This document shows, piece after piece, positions 1 through 12,576 of a stretch of 64,000 nucleotides of DNA (position 1 is its first letter; each line of letters starts with the position of its first letter). The notes below the pieces were generated by a model, which was not told the origin of the DNA, did no database searches, and saw only the letters and a program-made list of their open reading frames with translations. Both the position numbers and the translations under genes were made by a program. The DNA lies in assembly GCA_026936335.1 (NCBI GenBank), contig JAPMXV010000029.1, positions 372,001 to 436,000 of the forward strand, read 5' to 3'. The DNA is from Mantamonas sphyraenae STR306. Lineage: Eukaryota; Protista; CRuMs.

Positions 1-426
1 ACTCCGCGTGGTGTGATGGAGCTCAGAACGTTGCAGGAGCAGGTTATGCAATCGTTCCCAGACACTCTGCGCTCATTTGCTTCGCTGCGCCATTTTCTGG
101 CGGTGCACGCTGGCAACGACATCAAGTTTCAATCTAGTGGAAGCTCGAATGACCCTGAAGACTGTGTGGTGATGCTTACACGTCACGAGGGTCAGCTGAT
201 GTACGTGGAGCCTGTTCGGACCGCCAAGGATGTTGCGTTTGTGGTCGAATGGCTGAAGACCACCCTTAGCATGCAGCTACACGGGTGCATGGAGAAGAAG
301 CAACTGCAAGCGTTGCTGGATGAGCAGGAGTTTGGCGACATTGGCAGATCGCTCGACTGGATGTTGGCGGAGGTCGGCGCGGTGACGATGGCAACGGAAC
401 GGGGCACATTTGTGTTTGAAAAATAG
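1..426 (+). CDS. Uncharacterised protein, probably the 3' part of a gene starting upstream of the window
   Basis: The frame is open from the window edge to TAG at 426 and has coding-like codon usage. No family recognised. Confidence 0.5.
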   Translation, partial: TPRGVMELRTLQEQVMQSFPDTLRSFASLRHFLAVHAGNDIKFQSSGSSNDPEDCVVMLTRHEGQLMYVEPVRTAKDVAFVVEWLKTTLSMQLHGCMEKKQLQALLDEQEFGDIGRSLDWMLAEVGAVTMATERGTFVFEK

Positions 427-450
427 AGACATTGTGGAGTAGTTACCCAC

Positions 451-1137
451 ATGGACGGCTTCGTGGTTGTAAACAAGCCTTCAGGCGTGTTGTCGACACA
501 CGTGGTGCGCAAGATCAAGCAGCTGACTCCGCGCAAGACAAAAGTGGGTCACGGAGGAACTCTGGACCCTCTTGCTTGTGGTGTACTGGTGCTGGGCATT
601 GGCGACGGATGCAAACGGCTGACGGAGCTCCTGTCCGGACCCAAATCGTACGTGGCACACGGGCAACTGGGGCTCGCCACGGACACGCAAGACTGTACGG
701 GAGCTGTGGTCCGCAGGGCAGACTACGGCCACGTTACGCGAGAGGATATCGAAAGGGTACTTCGTATGCAGTTTACAGGACACATTCGACAGCGTACGCC
801 TCTGTACAGCGCTGTCAAGGTGCGCGGGATGCGCCTTTACGACTACGCACGCAAGGGCATCCCCATAGCAGAAGAGGACCTTCCCATGCGTGACATTCAT
901 GTTCCACACATCCAGTGCACAGACTACACCGCTCCCCATGTGGCTGTGGAGCTTGAGTGCAGCGGGGGCACGTACGTTCGAACTATCCTGCACGATCTCG
1001 GCCTAGCCCTCGGCACGGTCGCCAATATGACCTATCTGCAGCGTACGCGCCATGGTGTGTTCTCTTTAGCCCAGAGTATTGATTTTGAGCATCTGGATTC
1101 CGTGGAGTCACTCAGGAAACACCTGCGGAGCGATTGA
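451..1137 (+). CDS. truB: TruB-family tRNA pseudouridine synthase, catalytic domain only (no PUA domain)
   Basis: Motifs VVNKPSG, VGHGGTLDPLACGVL (catalytic Asp), YSAVKVRGMRLYDYAR and CSGGTYVRT. Intronless. Confidence 0.95.
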   Translation: MDGFVVVNKPSGVLSTHVVRKIKQLTPRKTKVGHGGTLDPLACGVLVLGIGDGCKRLTELLSGPKSYVAHGQLGLATDTQDCTGAVVRRADYGHVTREDIERVLRMQFTGHIRQRTPLYSAVKVRGMRLYDYARKGIPIAEEDLPMRDIHVPHIQCTDYTAPHVAVELECSGGTYVRTILHDLGLALGTVANMTYLQRTRHGVFSLAQSIDFEHLDSVESLRKHLRSD

Positions 1138-2500
1138 ACTTCATTTCTTTCGTGAGACCGACTCGTCGATAGACTGCTCTTGCTCTTGCTCTTGCTCTTG
1201 CTCTTGCTTGCTCCTTTGGTCTTTCGCGAAGATTCTTTGCGCAGAGACGAGGGCTTGGTGGACAGCGACTCTTGCTGCTGGCGTGCCATTGCCCGCTGCC
1301 GGCGTTCCAGCTGGCGCTGTTTGTGCCACACACGGTACCGACGACGATAGATGTGAGATCGAAACGCACGTGCGATGGTTTTCTGTGCATGCGTGAAGCG
1401 CTGGAGCTTGAAGTTCACCATGAGTTCGTTGTGGAACAGGCGGCGGTACTTGAACGCGCAAATGTTGGTCACTGCGTTGAGCAGACACGCATCGTGGCAA
1501 AAGAAGCCACAGCCTCGGCAACGCCTGTTGACTTGCTTGTGAATCAGTGTGTGGCTGAGTCCCAGCTCATCCACATTCACCTTCAGCCGCGTGCCACACT
1601 CAGCACACATCTGATCCTCCTCAACGGCATCTTCGTACACCTCAAAGTCGTGCGCCACCTCACTCATACCCAGCAGCCCCTCCACGTTCATGCTCGTTTC
1701 GCCACGCTCGTGGTTGGCGTCCACGAGAATCAGAGGCTCGCCGTCGTCAAACGTAAACTCGTTCAGCTTTGCATCGTTGTCCAACCACGTGCCCAGACGG
1801 GGTCGGAACAGCTTCCAGTCCTCGCCCTCTGCCTTGAAATCCAAAATGAACTCGGTGAACGCAGGGAGCGGTGTCTCCATGACTGCGTCCATGACTCCAA
1901 AGCCTCCAGGACCGCCCTCGGACAGCTTCTTCAGGTCATTCATGCCCGGTGCATTCTCAACATAATCCATTCTGCTTGCGTGTCGCAGGGCGTGTTGATC
2001 CTTCACGTGGCGAATGTTGTCCGCCTTTTCGACGGCCACATTCGTGTCCGCATGCCTCGGCTTCTGTAGCAGCTCGTCCATCACCGCCTCGTGAACCGCC
2101 TGCGTTGGTACAGTTTGGCGCGTGGCCGGTGGAGACATGCTCCTGCGCTTGCTCTTCTTCTTCTTCTTGCGCGGCGCATTGCGGCGTGCAATCTGTGCCT
2201 TTTTGGAGAAGAAGACATCGTCCTGCGCCAGGCTGCCCGTCGATGACGAGGAGTCGTAGTCCTCCTCCATCACACCCTCTTCCATGGCCGCGGCCTCCAT
2301 CGCAGCCATGGACGCAGCCTCGGTCGACGGCAGAGCCATCATAGACGCTCCGCGCCCGCCCATGTTGATCGCGCTGGTCTGTGCCTGCATCGTCTGCAGC
2401 GAGTACGGATCAATCGGAGCCGATTGCTGTTGGTACGGGTAGGAACCTTGTGGCATTTCCATGCTTTTGGTCAGCGTTTCCTGTTGTGCATACTGATACG

Positions 2501-2535
<35 letters not shown>

Positions 2536-5500
2536 GGTGCTGTGGCTGTGGCGGTGGTTGTGATTGTTGAAGCTGTTGCTGCGGAGGCGGCGGCGCAACC
2601 ACTTCCTTGTCGTTGTCCCCACGGATGTTGGTGTAGTCTGCAATCTGGTCCCATACCTGCAGCGTACGATTGCGCTTCTTGGCACGCTTCTCCTCCTGTC
2701 GGCTGTACAAGTTTGGTGCGGGTTTGCTCTTGCTCATTGATTTCAGTTGAGGCGCAAGTTGCGGCTGTTGCTGCGACTGTTGCTGCTGAGTAGGCTGCTG
2801 TTGTTGCTGTTGTTGCTGTTGCTGCTGCTGAGGCAACTGCGGCGGTTGAGGCGGTGCTGTGTCACGCTGCGGGGCACCGCGTCGTGTGCTCGAGCGCATC
2901 ACCTTTGATCGAGGGCTCGATCGGGCAGTCTTGCTCGCAGCAAGGTGTTTGGTGGACGCCGGTCCACGTGACTTTGAGAGTGACTTGCTCACCGATGTGC
3001 TCTTCTTCTTGGCCACGCCACTGGGTAGGAATGACTCCTTCGGCGGCATGGGCGGCATCGCCATCTCGACCTCCCCATCACTGATACCGTCATAGTCATC
3101 GTCGCTCTCGTCATCGTTCTCTTCATCGCTGAGCGCATCGGCAGAAACGTTGCTCGTTGCACTACTTCCTCCGCCAAACAAGTTGGAGAGCTTCTTCCAC
3201 GCCTGTTGGGCAAACGAGGGCGACTCGTTGTACGACTCGGAATCCATGTCTTCGTCCAGCACCTGTACATCCTGCTCCAGCTCCACCTCATCGTTGATTG
3301 CTTGGATTCCGGAAAAGATGTTCTCCTGCATCCTCAAGTTCATCATGCCCTGTGCGCCCAAGTAGTAGTCTTGGTCCACGTCCGGCAGATCGTTCAGCAG
3401 TTCGGTCATGCCAATCATCGAGCCTGCTCGGTTGATGTTGCCCAGCGAGCCCTTGTCTCCTGCTGTGGTCTCCTCTTCGTCGGAGGACTCGTCGTTGCGG
3501 ATGATCACCTTTGCGTCCTTGCGACTGCCTTGGTTCTCCCGCAGCGACATGCGCTGCAAGTGCACTCCTGTTTTTTGTTGCACGTGGCCGAGAAAGTCCG
3601 TCACAAACGCACCCACCGTCATGTCTGGTGAGTACGTGCTCAGCAGCACCGAGTGCTGTACTTTGTGCAGCACAATGGTCACACTCTGCGACAGGGGAAG
3701 CCGATCGCTGTGTTCAACCCACGTCGAGTCCAGAGCGTTGAAGCCCTCCTTCCACATCGCATCATCTGCGGTGTTCAACGGTTTCGTCAGCAGCGGCGAC
3801 AGGTTGTTCAAGGACACACACTTGAGAAATTCCGTGCGAGGTGCAAACATCACCGTCAGTTGGCTCTTGTAACCATCTTTGACCTCCTTCTCGCCTTGCT
3901 CGCCGTCAATGCTGCCGCTGCTGCTGCTACTGCTGCTGCTGCTGCTGCTGGTGGTGGTGCTGGTACTGCTGCTCCTGCCATCTTCCATCGAGCCTCCTAC
4001 GCTCTCGTCATCCACCACCGTGGATTCAGACGTAGACGATGAGGGCGATGCGATCGTCGACTCCATCTCGGCCTCCATGGCCACCCGGCTTGTTTCTGCA
4101 TCGTTGCGAATGTCCTCAACAGAACACGGCAGGTTTCCCTTGCTCACTCGGATGTGCAACTTCTCCTCGATGCGACTCAGCAGTGCATCCATGTCCATGC
4201 CTTCGCGCAGATCAAACGTCTCCTCGCTCTCTGCCGGCGTCAGCGAGTTGACAAACTTGGAACGCACCAGGTTCTTCAAACGACTCGTCCAAAACATGTG
4301 CGCGCGCAGGTTGCTCTTGGAAGCAAACACCAAGTGCAATGTGCGCATTGCTCCGTCGCTGAAGCGGCTAAAGTCCATGTGTGTGGTTTCTTGCGACTCA
4401 ATCAGTTCACGCCAGGTCTCTTGGATCAAATCGCGAATCACGCGTGCCACCATCTCCAGCAGCATGTTGTGCGCCAGCAGAGGCGAGCGCTCCACCAACC
4501 GCGCACGCACAAGTCCCAGAAAGCGCATGTTGATGCCAGCGCGATGCACGTGGTCCACCAACCATTGTTGGCTGACGAAGCGTGCACCCTCTACACTCTT
4601 TACAAGCACGTCGGCCTCGTCGGAGATGCGATTCTGCACCAAATCCACAAACGCTTCCCTGCACTCTGCGTCGTGTTCCTTTGCGTTGTGCCTGCCCCAG
4701 CCCGTAAATGCATCGCTGGACAGCTGTCGCTCGTACGACTGCACAAACTCCGAACGCAACAGCCTGTACAAGGTGCCGCCCTTGACCGGAGCGACCTCGG
4801 GTGGACAGGGCGGCTGCAGACGTGCCAGATCAACCAGATAGTACTTCCCATCCTTTCCTTTGTGCCCTTCCACATCTCCACACACAGACAGCTCCACCGC
4901 CTTGCTGTTGGTCGCCGACAGCACCTTGTGCGGCTTGAGATTGAGCAGCCTGCCCACAAGCGACATCTTGCGGTTGAACGTCTCATCACTCGCACGGATG
5001 GTCACGCCGCCGTCGCCCGAGCCGTAAATGAGGGTGCTATGATCGATGGGCAGCAGCGAGGAGACAAGCACGCGAATGCCCAGAAAGTCCACGCTGGACA
5101 CGAGCGGGATAAACACATCCTCCAGTTCACGTGTGGACTGCACCTCACTGCTTTCCAGCGTTTGTTGGCCAATCAACAGGCGTCCAATCTCGTTCAAGCC
5201 CTTCATCTCGTGTGCAGCTCCTTTGGAGGCGAACTGGACGCCGTCGTACAGATCGTACTCGTCGGTGGCGATCTTGTAGAAGAGGCCGTCGTGGACAAAC
5301 TTGAGTCCTCCTGCAATGCCTCCAAAAGCGGCGCGTTTGATGGTTTTGTGTTCGTTCTCCACAAAAAGCTCGGAGAGGATGGTGGACACGTTGTGCTGAA
5401 TGTCGGCGGAAAACACCACCAGGAGCCGCTGCATGCAGGCCCACAGACCACGCGTAAAGTCATCGTTGACAATGGTGTACCCCAGGCTGGCTCTCTCGCG

Positions 5501-6391
5501 CACGAGGGAAAGAAAGCGCAGCCAGGTGAGATGAAAGTGGGAGGCCGAATTCCTTGCCGCGTTTGCAGCTGCGGATTCCGTGCTTTCGTTCGCACTGCTC
5601 TGTCTGCTGTCCTGTGCGCCCAAACTTGTGCCGGAAGACGACGAGGATGTGTGCGTGCTGGTAGAGCTCTCTTCCATGGGGATGGTCAAGTCGTAGGCAA
5701 AGACGTCGACGCCAGAGCCATCGGTGAGGGCACACTCGCCCGTCTCCCGGTAGTTGCCCTGGTTGTCCACGGCGGGGCCTCCCAGGCTGAATCCATCGTC
5801 GTCCTCGTCCTCGTCATCGCTATCGCCGTCTCCACGCAAATCGTCCCCCGTGGTCATGGCCGAGCCCGATTCCGAAGTCGTGGAGATGGTCACCGCTGCG
5901 TCCAGCTCGTAGGCCGATGCCCGTTCGTTGGCCTGGTTGTTCTCGTTCAGGGCAGCAATGCGTTGAGACGTCGCCACACTGTCTGCTGGTGCCTCTACCG
6001 TGTACAGAGCCAAGCTGTCTTCTGTGTCGATGTCATCGTTGCTGCCGTCGTTCTCTGAGCTGCTGCCCCACAGCTGCGCCACCAAGGCGTTCAGCTGCTC
6101 GTTGTCGCTTGGACTCTCGCTGTCCTGACCATACGCACGCGGGTGGTACAGCCTGTACTTGGTCATCCTGTACATGTCACGCTCGCGCTTGTCCAGTTTG
6201 ACAAACGGATTGGCGTAGTTTGCTTTGCCGCTGGGATCTCCCGAAGAGACGCCAGCGCCGTCGTTTTGCCCGTTCGAGTCCTGCTCCGCACCTTCACCTG
6301 CTGTCACCACTGCAGGGCTGAAATAGGGCGAGCTGATTAGGTCATAGTGTGCCAACCCGGGCATCGGCTGATCGCCACCGGTTGGATCCAT
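1032..6391 (-). CDS. Large Clu-domain-like protein with Q/S-rich linker, C-terminal Cys/His zinc finger and IQ motif; frameshift at ~2538
   Basis: Clu-like motifs GGLKF, AAHEMKG, LIYGSGDGG, DVEGHKGKDGKYYLVDLARLQPP, LSSDAF and HRAGINMRFLG. The frame switches inside a CAG/CCA tract (ORFs 2471..6505 and 1032..2654). The tail has CAEC...CRGCGFFCHDAC and IARAFRSHIYRRRY. Probable ATG at 6391. The true stop may be 1141. Confidence 0.75.
1177..1208. repeat. (CTCTTG)n hexamer microsatellite encoding an SK repeat on the minus strand
   Basis: Tandem repeat seen directly. Confidence 0.85.
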
Positions 6392-6464
6392 GGCCTTTCG
6401 TTTGCATCGCGCTGTGCAGCTGTGCGTCGCGGCGGCCAAAAGGCCTCTCTGCAGCAGCCGACGC

Positions 6465-9400
6465 ATGGCCACGTTTGCATCCTTGCTGGCAGATGGGGCC
6501 GACAATGGGGCCCTCGTCGACTATTTAGCCGACCAGTGTGGCAAAGGCAGGCTGCTGTTTTCCATCTTGGATGACCTGGACGCACAGGGCGGAAGCTGTG
6601 TGCACGCCGCGCTCTCCGGCGACCACGGCCAAGACGCGAGCGCCGGCAGCGGGAGCGACACTGCACAAACAGAGGAAACAGAGCCAGAGAGCCCCTCTCT
6701 GGCTGCACAGCGGATAAGCATGCTTCTGTGCATGGGTCACCGACCTGATCACACAGGAGCCGAACACACGGCGCTGCATCTGGCTTGCCACCAGGCCGAC
6801 GCGCATGTCACAGCACTATTGCTGGCGTGTGGGGCACGCAGCACACGCAAGGCGTCTTCAGCTGGGGGGCTGTGGTCCGGACGCTGCGATTGCATGCAGT
6901 TGAGCGAACAAGGCCCAAAGTCCGCCGGCGTCCAGAGCCCGAGCGGAAGCAAGGCTCTGGAAGCCGTGCAGCACACGCTGCGACAGTTTGCTCCTTTTGA
7001 GGAGGCTGTCTCCAATGTACAGGGCATCCAAGAGGGAGGTGTCACGGTGACCGAGCTGATGAATGGGTCAAAGGAGCTGCGCCGGACTTGGCAGCAGGCA
7101 TGTCCGCCGCGTTTGGCAGCGCGCAGGCTGGCGGTGGTGCACACAAACGCCAGCAGCGACGAAGAGGTGCGAAATATGCCCTTTGTGTCGCGTCTGGCAT
7201 CGCACGCGTGGAACGTCGAGGTACTCAGCGCCGAGGAGGACATCCACGCCGCGTTCCACGTTCCAGGCTACGAGACAACGCGCCACGCAACCGCCGTTGT
7301 CTGGGTCCTCTCAGCACCCACAGACATCGCGGCCTCCCTTTCATTATTGACCGACCTACGCAATCTGGAGGACGAAGAGTTTCCCCTGCCCGTCCTCCTG
7401 TACCTTTTGCCCCAGCCGGAGGATCAGCCCGCCCTCGACCCAGCGCCGCTGCTCCTCCTGGGCATTAGCGCCGTGTGTACAGACGACCAGGAGCTATTGG
7501 GTCATTTCTACGAGCGCTGGCTGCTCCCTGCGTGTGCTCCCATGTTTGAACAGGCTGCACACGTGGCAACCCCGGCGACGGGCGCCCCTCTGCAACACGC
7601 CTCCCGGATGGTCACACAAGCAACCAACGAGGCAGACACGCAGCAGGGAAGCAACGAGACACCACCAAAACGCTCGCATGTGCTTCCCACAGCGTCCACA
7701 AAGCTGAAGATGGAGTTGGACGGCGACGACAAGCTGGAACGAGGCAGCAGCGGCAGCAGCAAAATGGAGGACGAAACAAGCACTCCGACTCATAAGCTGC
7801 TGTTCTCAGGGTCCATGTCGTCCGTGTTTGAATTTGGCGACGTGGTCAACACGGGGGACGTGGTGCAGGTGAGCCGCTTCATCTTGGAGCAGCAGGCACG
7901 GTCGGCGTGTCCTGCGTTTGCCCTGTTGGACAACATGACAAACAAAAGCAACGCCACAGCGCTGTTCTCGGCGGTGATCAACGGCGACGTGGAGATGTGC
8001 CAGCGCCTGCTGCAGTTTGGCGTGCTTGTCAACAGACGCACGGAATCCGGAGGCGCCACGTGTCTGCACTACGCAGCTGCACGCCTGCGCGACCACGCGG
8101 TGGTGTCGCTTTTGCTGGCATATGGTGCACGTGTATCGTACCGAGGGTCGTCCACGAGTTCCTGGGACGGCAAACGGACGGCCATGGAGATTGTGGCCGC
8201 TCGGCATCTGCACGACGTGCACGACAAGACGGTGATGCGCATGTTGGATGTGCTGGCCAAGGGTCATGGCACCTCGTTCATCCAGCAAAGACAGCTGTTG
8301 TACTGGCAGCCGGATCTTGCTGACGAGGATGTGTTGGCCAACGACGAGGTGGCCCGTCTGGCAACACACGTGACCGGCTGGACGTTGTCATGGACAGGCG
8401 TGTCGCAACTCACCCAGCAAATGCTCATGGATGTCACCTGCCTGGTTGCCAAGGTGCAGAACGACAACCAGCTGGAACGGTGTGTGGAGTGCTTGCAAGA
8501 GCTGCGACACACCGACTGGGGTGCATGGATCCCACTGCTGGTGTATGTGCCTCCCAGTAGGAGCAATCCACAAGAGTGGCCCGGTGAAGCTTGGCGCGAT
8601 GTGTACGATCTGCTATGCAGCAACGGGGCAAGTATGATCACGCGAAAGGCGCGAGACGTGTTGCAAGCGATGGAAACAAGGTGGCTGCTGGGTGGGCAAG
8701 ACGAGGACATGGACAGCATGGACAGAGATATGTTGGAGCAGGTGCTGCCTGCCAGCATGGTGGATGCGGACAAGCTGGTGTCGTGGCACCAGCCCGGCAG
8801 CAAGCTGGAAGAAAGCGTGCGCAGGGACAACCTTCCCACGTTTGTGGAGACGTTGCAAGAACTGCAAACAAGAGCAAAGAACTCCATTTTCGAGGTGATG
8901 GACACCGAAGTGACCATGCGGGAACACATGTCAATGTTGCAAGTGGCCGTCCAGTGTGGACATCTGGCCATGGCGAGGTTGTTGATCGACCAGGGCGCTG
9001 TGGTCAATTTCCGCGATCTGGAAGAGGCTACGGCGCTGCACATTGCCTGTGCCCAGGCAGATCTGGAGGCTGTGGAGCTGTTGCTGCTTCACGGTGCCTT
9101 GCCGTTCCTGCGAGCATCGAGCTCGTTGGGTCTGTGGCCCGGACGTCGCACCTGTCTGGAGATTGTTAGTCACATGGCCATGCAGTGTGCTTCGGACGAC
9201 GACAAGAAGCTGGGCCGGCTGAGGCGCATTCAACACATGTTGTTGGACATGGGCATGGGCGAACGCATTGTGCGCGCACGCAAACTGAACCCGAGGCAGG
9301 TGCGTCGCCTGGTGTTTGTCGATGTTGAACACGACACGGTGCAGAATAGCTACTTGCACGCCGTCGAACATGCCTTTCCCGGTTGGGAGGTGCGCACGTG

Positions 9401-10252
9401 CGCGAGAGACACCGACGTGGAGCAACTGATGGACGATTTGGCAAGTACACGCATCACCTGCCTGGTCATGTGTGTCGAGTCCGAGCAGGGGTCTATGATT
9501 GCACGTGCCATCATGCAACGTCTGCACAGTCGCGAAACCAGCATGATGGCGGACGCTCAGAGTTCAGGCGACCTGGGAAGCAGACATGGACGTCTGCAAC
9601 TTCCAGTGGTGCTTGTGGACGAAACAAGCTCGGATCACGCAAATGGCTTCGATCTTGCGGACGATGGCAGTCACTCTCGGCGGGATGCGTTTGTGGAGCT
9701 CGGCGCGTCCATGGTCGGCGATTGGGAGGCTGTGGAGCGGGAGATGCAATGTCGGTGGCTGCAACACTATCTGCACGACGACATGGTGGCGCAGTACGAA
9801 CATCAGCGACGCAAGGAAGAAGCGCGACGAGCACAGCTGGCCTCGGAATCGCGCAAGCGCTCGCACACGCTCATGCACGCCAGCAGCACACCCGAAGGAG
9901 GCATGCTGCATCAAAGACATGGATACAACGACGAGGACGACGACGACGACGATGACGAACATCACCATGACGAACACGACGTGGAGCATGAGAGCAAACG
10001 CAGAATGCTACACAGCAGCCATTCCATGCCCATTTCCTCGAGCCGATCCAAGCGAAGCAGCCGCCAATGGTCATCCTTTGACCACGCCAACGAATGGAGA
10101 ATGAGCGGCAGTGGAAGTGGCAGCGCAGTGTCATCGTCATCCACGACATCGCTGTCCGCTTCCTCCTCATCAAAGTCAGCCATGGCGTCATCCAACTCGA
10201 GTTCTGCGTCGTCGTCCTCCTCATCCTCCTCTTCATCGTCATCCTCCTCCAT

Positions 10253-10285
<33 letters not shown>

Positions 10286-11362
10286 TCGTTACGGGCCAGT
10301 TTTGTGCGTGTGTACCGAATGGACCGTCTGCCTGTGGCCAGGCACCGGGACATGAGCCTGGAAAGCGCAGGGTCGTCTGCAAGCCGCGAGTGGGACAGCA
10401 TGACATCGGTCGCGGGGGAACACGATGGAGGGGACGACGACCGCGTGCGCTTGCACTCGTCGTTCCCCAAATCGGTGGCGTCAGGCTCTGAGGAGGAGAT
10501 GACGACAAACCTCATGTACCATTTGTCCGAGGTGCGTGAGCGACGCGACAGGGTGGCGTTGCACGTGCTGGACAAGTGTGACGGTGACAAAAGCGCCCTC
10601 CACGTGGCAGCTTCGTGTGGCCACAGCCAGCTTGTGCGTGGCCTGCTGCGCATGGGTGCACAGGTGAACCAAGAAACTGAGGGAGGGGCCACGGCACTTC
10701 ACTACGCCAGCTACAAGCAACACGCACGAGTCATGCGCATACTGTTGGAGTATGGTGCGGATAGGGAGATCCGGGGCAGCTCATCATGGTGGGATCACGA
10801 GCACCTGTCGCCAAAAGAGATTCTGGAGCGTCACGGCCTGTCGGATGACCAAGTGGACGACCTGTTGTACCCAAGATCGGTGGAGGATATGCACGACCGC
10901 ACCTTGGTGTGGATCCACACGCACGGACCGCGCATCGACCACATGTGTATTCCGCGCTTGACGGACTCGGGTCTGATTGTGTTCAATGCCTTTGACTTTT
11001 CTGTGAACAAGATGACGCCGCTGCTCAAATCGCGCCTGATGAACGTAGACACGATGGGCATGGTGGTTGTGATTGGCAACCAGACGGATCTGAACGAGGC
11101 GCATGACCTGCTGTACGAGGTGCGCACAACCAAGAACGGCCTGTTCATTCCCGTCGTACTGTACCTTCTCAACAGCGAAGAGGGTTTGGACATCCCCGAC
11201 GAGATGTTGCAACTGTGTGTGTCGCGTGTATGCTACTCGGGTGACGAGATTGTGCACGAGTTGTCGAAGCGCTGGCTCAAGGGCCAACAACGCATCGAGA
11301 TTGCCAGTCACGACCAACATGTGCAGTTTGGACGGGTGGAAACGCGTGAGTTGAGCCAATAG
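6465..11362 (+). CDS. Ankyrin-repeat protein with four ANK + receiver-like modules; frameshift at ~10284
   Basis: Ankyrin motifs TALHLAC, TCLHYAA, TALHIAC, SALHVAA and TALHYAS, each cluster followed by an alpha/beta domain ending in RWL. ORFs 6390..10355 and 10094..11362 join across a 1-nt gap at the end of a (TCA)n tract. Confidence 0.8.
10252..10285. repeat. (TCA)n microsatellite (poly-Ser)
   Basis: Tandem TCA repeats seen directly; this is the site of an apparent frameshift. Confidence 0.85.
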
Positions 11363-11466
11363 GTGACAGAAGACACACAGTGCGGAGAAGAAAGCGAAGA
11401 AGAAACAACGCTCGGTTTCCCAACACAATCATCAGACAACCCCACATCCACTCCATCACCACCACC

Positions 11467-12568
11467 ATGGACAGCTATTCCTCACGGGTGGATGGCCGCA
11501 CTGGGGAGGAGATTGTGATCATTGACGAGCTGTTTGCAGGTGACGAGAGTGAGTCTCCGGCACGACCGGAGCCTTCCTCGTCATGGCACGGCTCACAAAG
11601 CACCTTTGATTCAATGCGTGGCAGCAAGGACTCGGACACCAGCATGCTGGGGAGCATGAGTGTGGAGCAGCTGATGTCGTCGCCGTTGGGTCAGCCGCGG
11701 GCGGCACCGCGACGCCAGCAACTCGAGGCACTGGGCAAACCCTCGGCACGCAACATCGTGCAGTCAGACCTTTTGTTTGACGAGAGCGTATACGATTATC
11801 CAGCCGATCCGATGGCCATGGGGGCATCGTTCACAGCGTAGGTTGGGCGAGGCATGGCAAAGGACGAACTGATGAGCTGCAAACGCGGCAAAACCGTTAC
11901 CAGGGAGGCGCTCACACGTCCTGCGCACATGACACAGCGACCTGCACGACTCGGGCGCTTCGGGAGCGTTCGGGCTCTACACTGTACATGACTATTTGGA
12001 GGACTCTGGCCTGTTGTCAGGCTTTGAGGCCATGCTCAAGTCGCTGTTTGCCGAGCACCAGCGTGGTTTTGCGCCGCTGAATCTCTTCACCTACGCAGCT
12101 TCGGAATTCGAAAAGTTTGGTCGCTCGTGGGAAGTGATGCGCAGGGAGCGCGCACGACGTGCCCTGGCGGTCGATACGCTGCCGGACATTCTGCAGGAGG
12201 AACTGCGGCGATTGTACGCTACAGTTCGCATCCAGGCGGCCTTTCGCGGCTTCTCGGTGCGCATTGAGAGAAAGCGAGAGCTCAGTGCAGTGCGTATCCA
12301 ATCTGTGTACCGAGGGCACTGTGTGCGCAAGCAGTACCCCCGCTCCCGACCGCAGGAGGGCGAGGACTTGGACGACGAGTTTGTCGCACTGGAGGCGGCG
12401 GCCGCGGCAGAGGCAAAAGGCACAGGTAGCAACAGCAAAGACAACGCACGGACCGGCGCAGGCAAGAACACACCCAAGAGGACCACTGGAGCTGGCAGGG
12501 GGCAGCGAGGCAAACGAACGGCCACACCACAGCGCGGTGGGGGGCAAACCAAATCGTCATCAAAGTAA
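11467..12568 (+). CDS. IQ-motif (calmodulin-binding) protein, 2 exons
   Basis: Intron 11838..11937 (GTAGGT...CACAG) joins the two frames. Two IQ motifs (IQAAFRGFSVR, IQSVYRGHCVR) follow a short helical segment YLEDSGLLSGFEAMLKSL that resembles a docking/dimerisation domain. Confidence 0.75.
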
Positions 12569-12576
12569 ACGGGAGG

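Noticed and set aside
4154-6058. 634-aa plus-strand ORF and many similar long antisense ORFs (e.g. 1272..2069, 27598..28998, 31371..32657, 35909..37012, 59061..60188)
   Set aside because: These are antisense shadows of real genes, caused by GC-rich codon bias that depletes stop codons. They carry no recognisable motifs.
12569-12576. GGAGG Shine-Dalgarno-like sequence before an ATG
   Set aside because: It directly abuts the ATG of an intron-containing gene and is not repeated at other starts, so it is probably chance.
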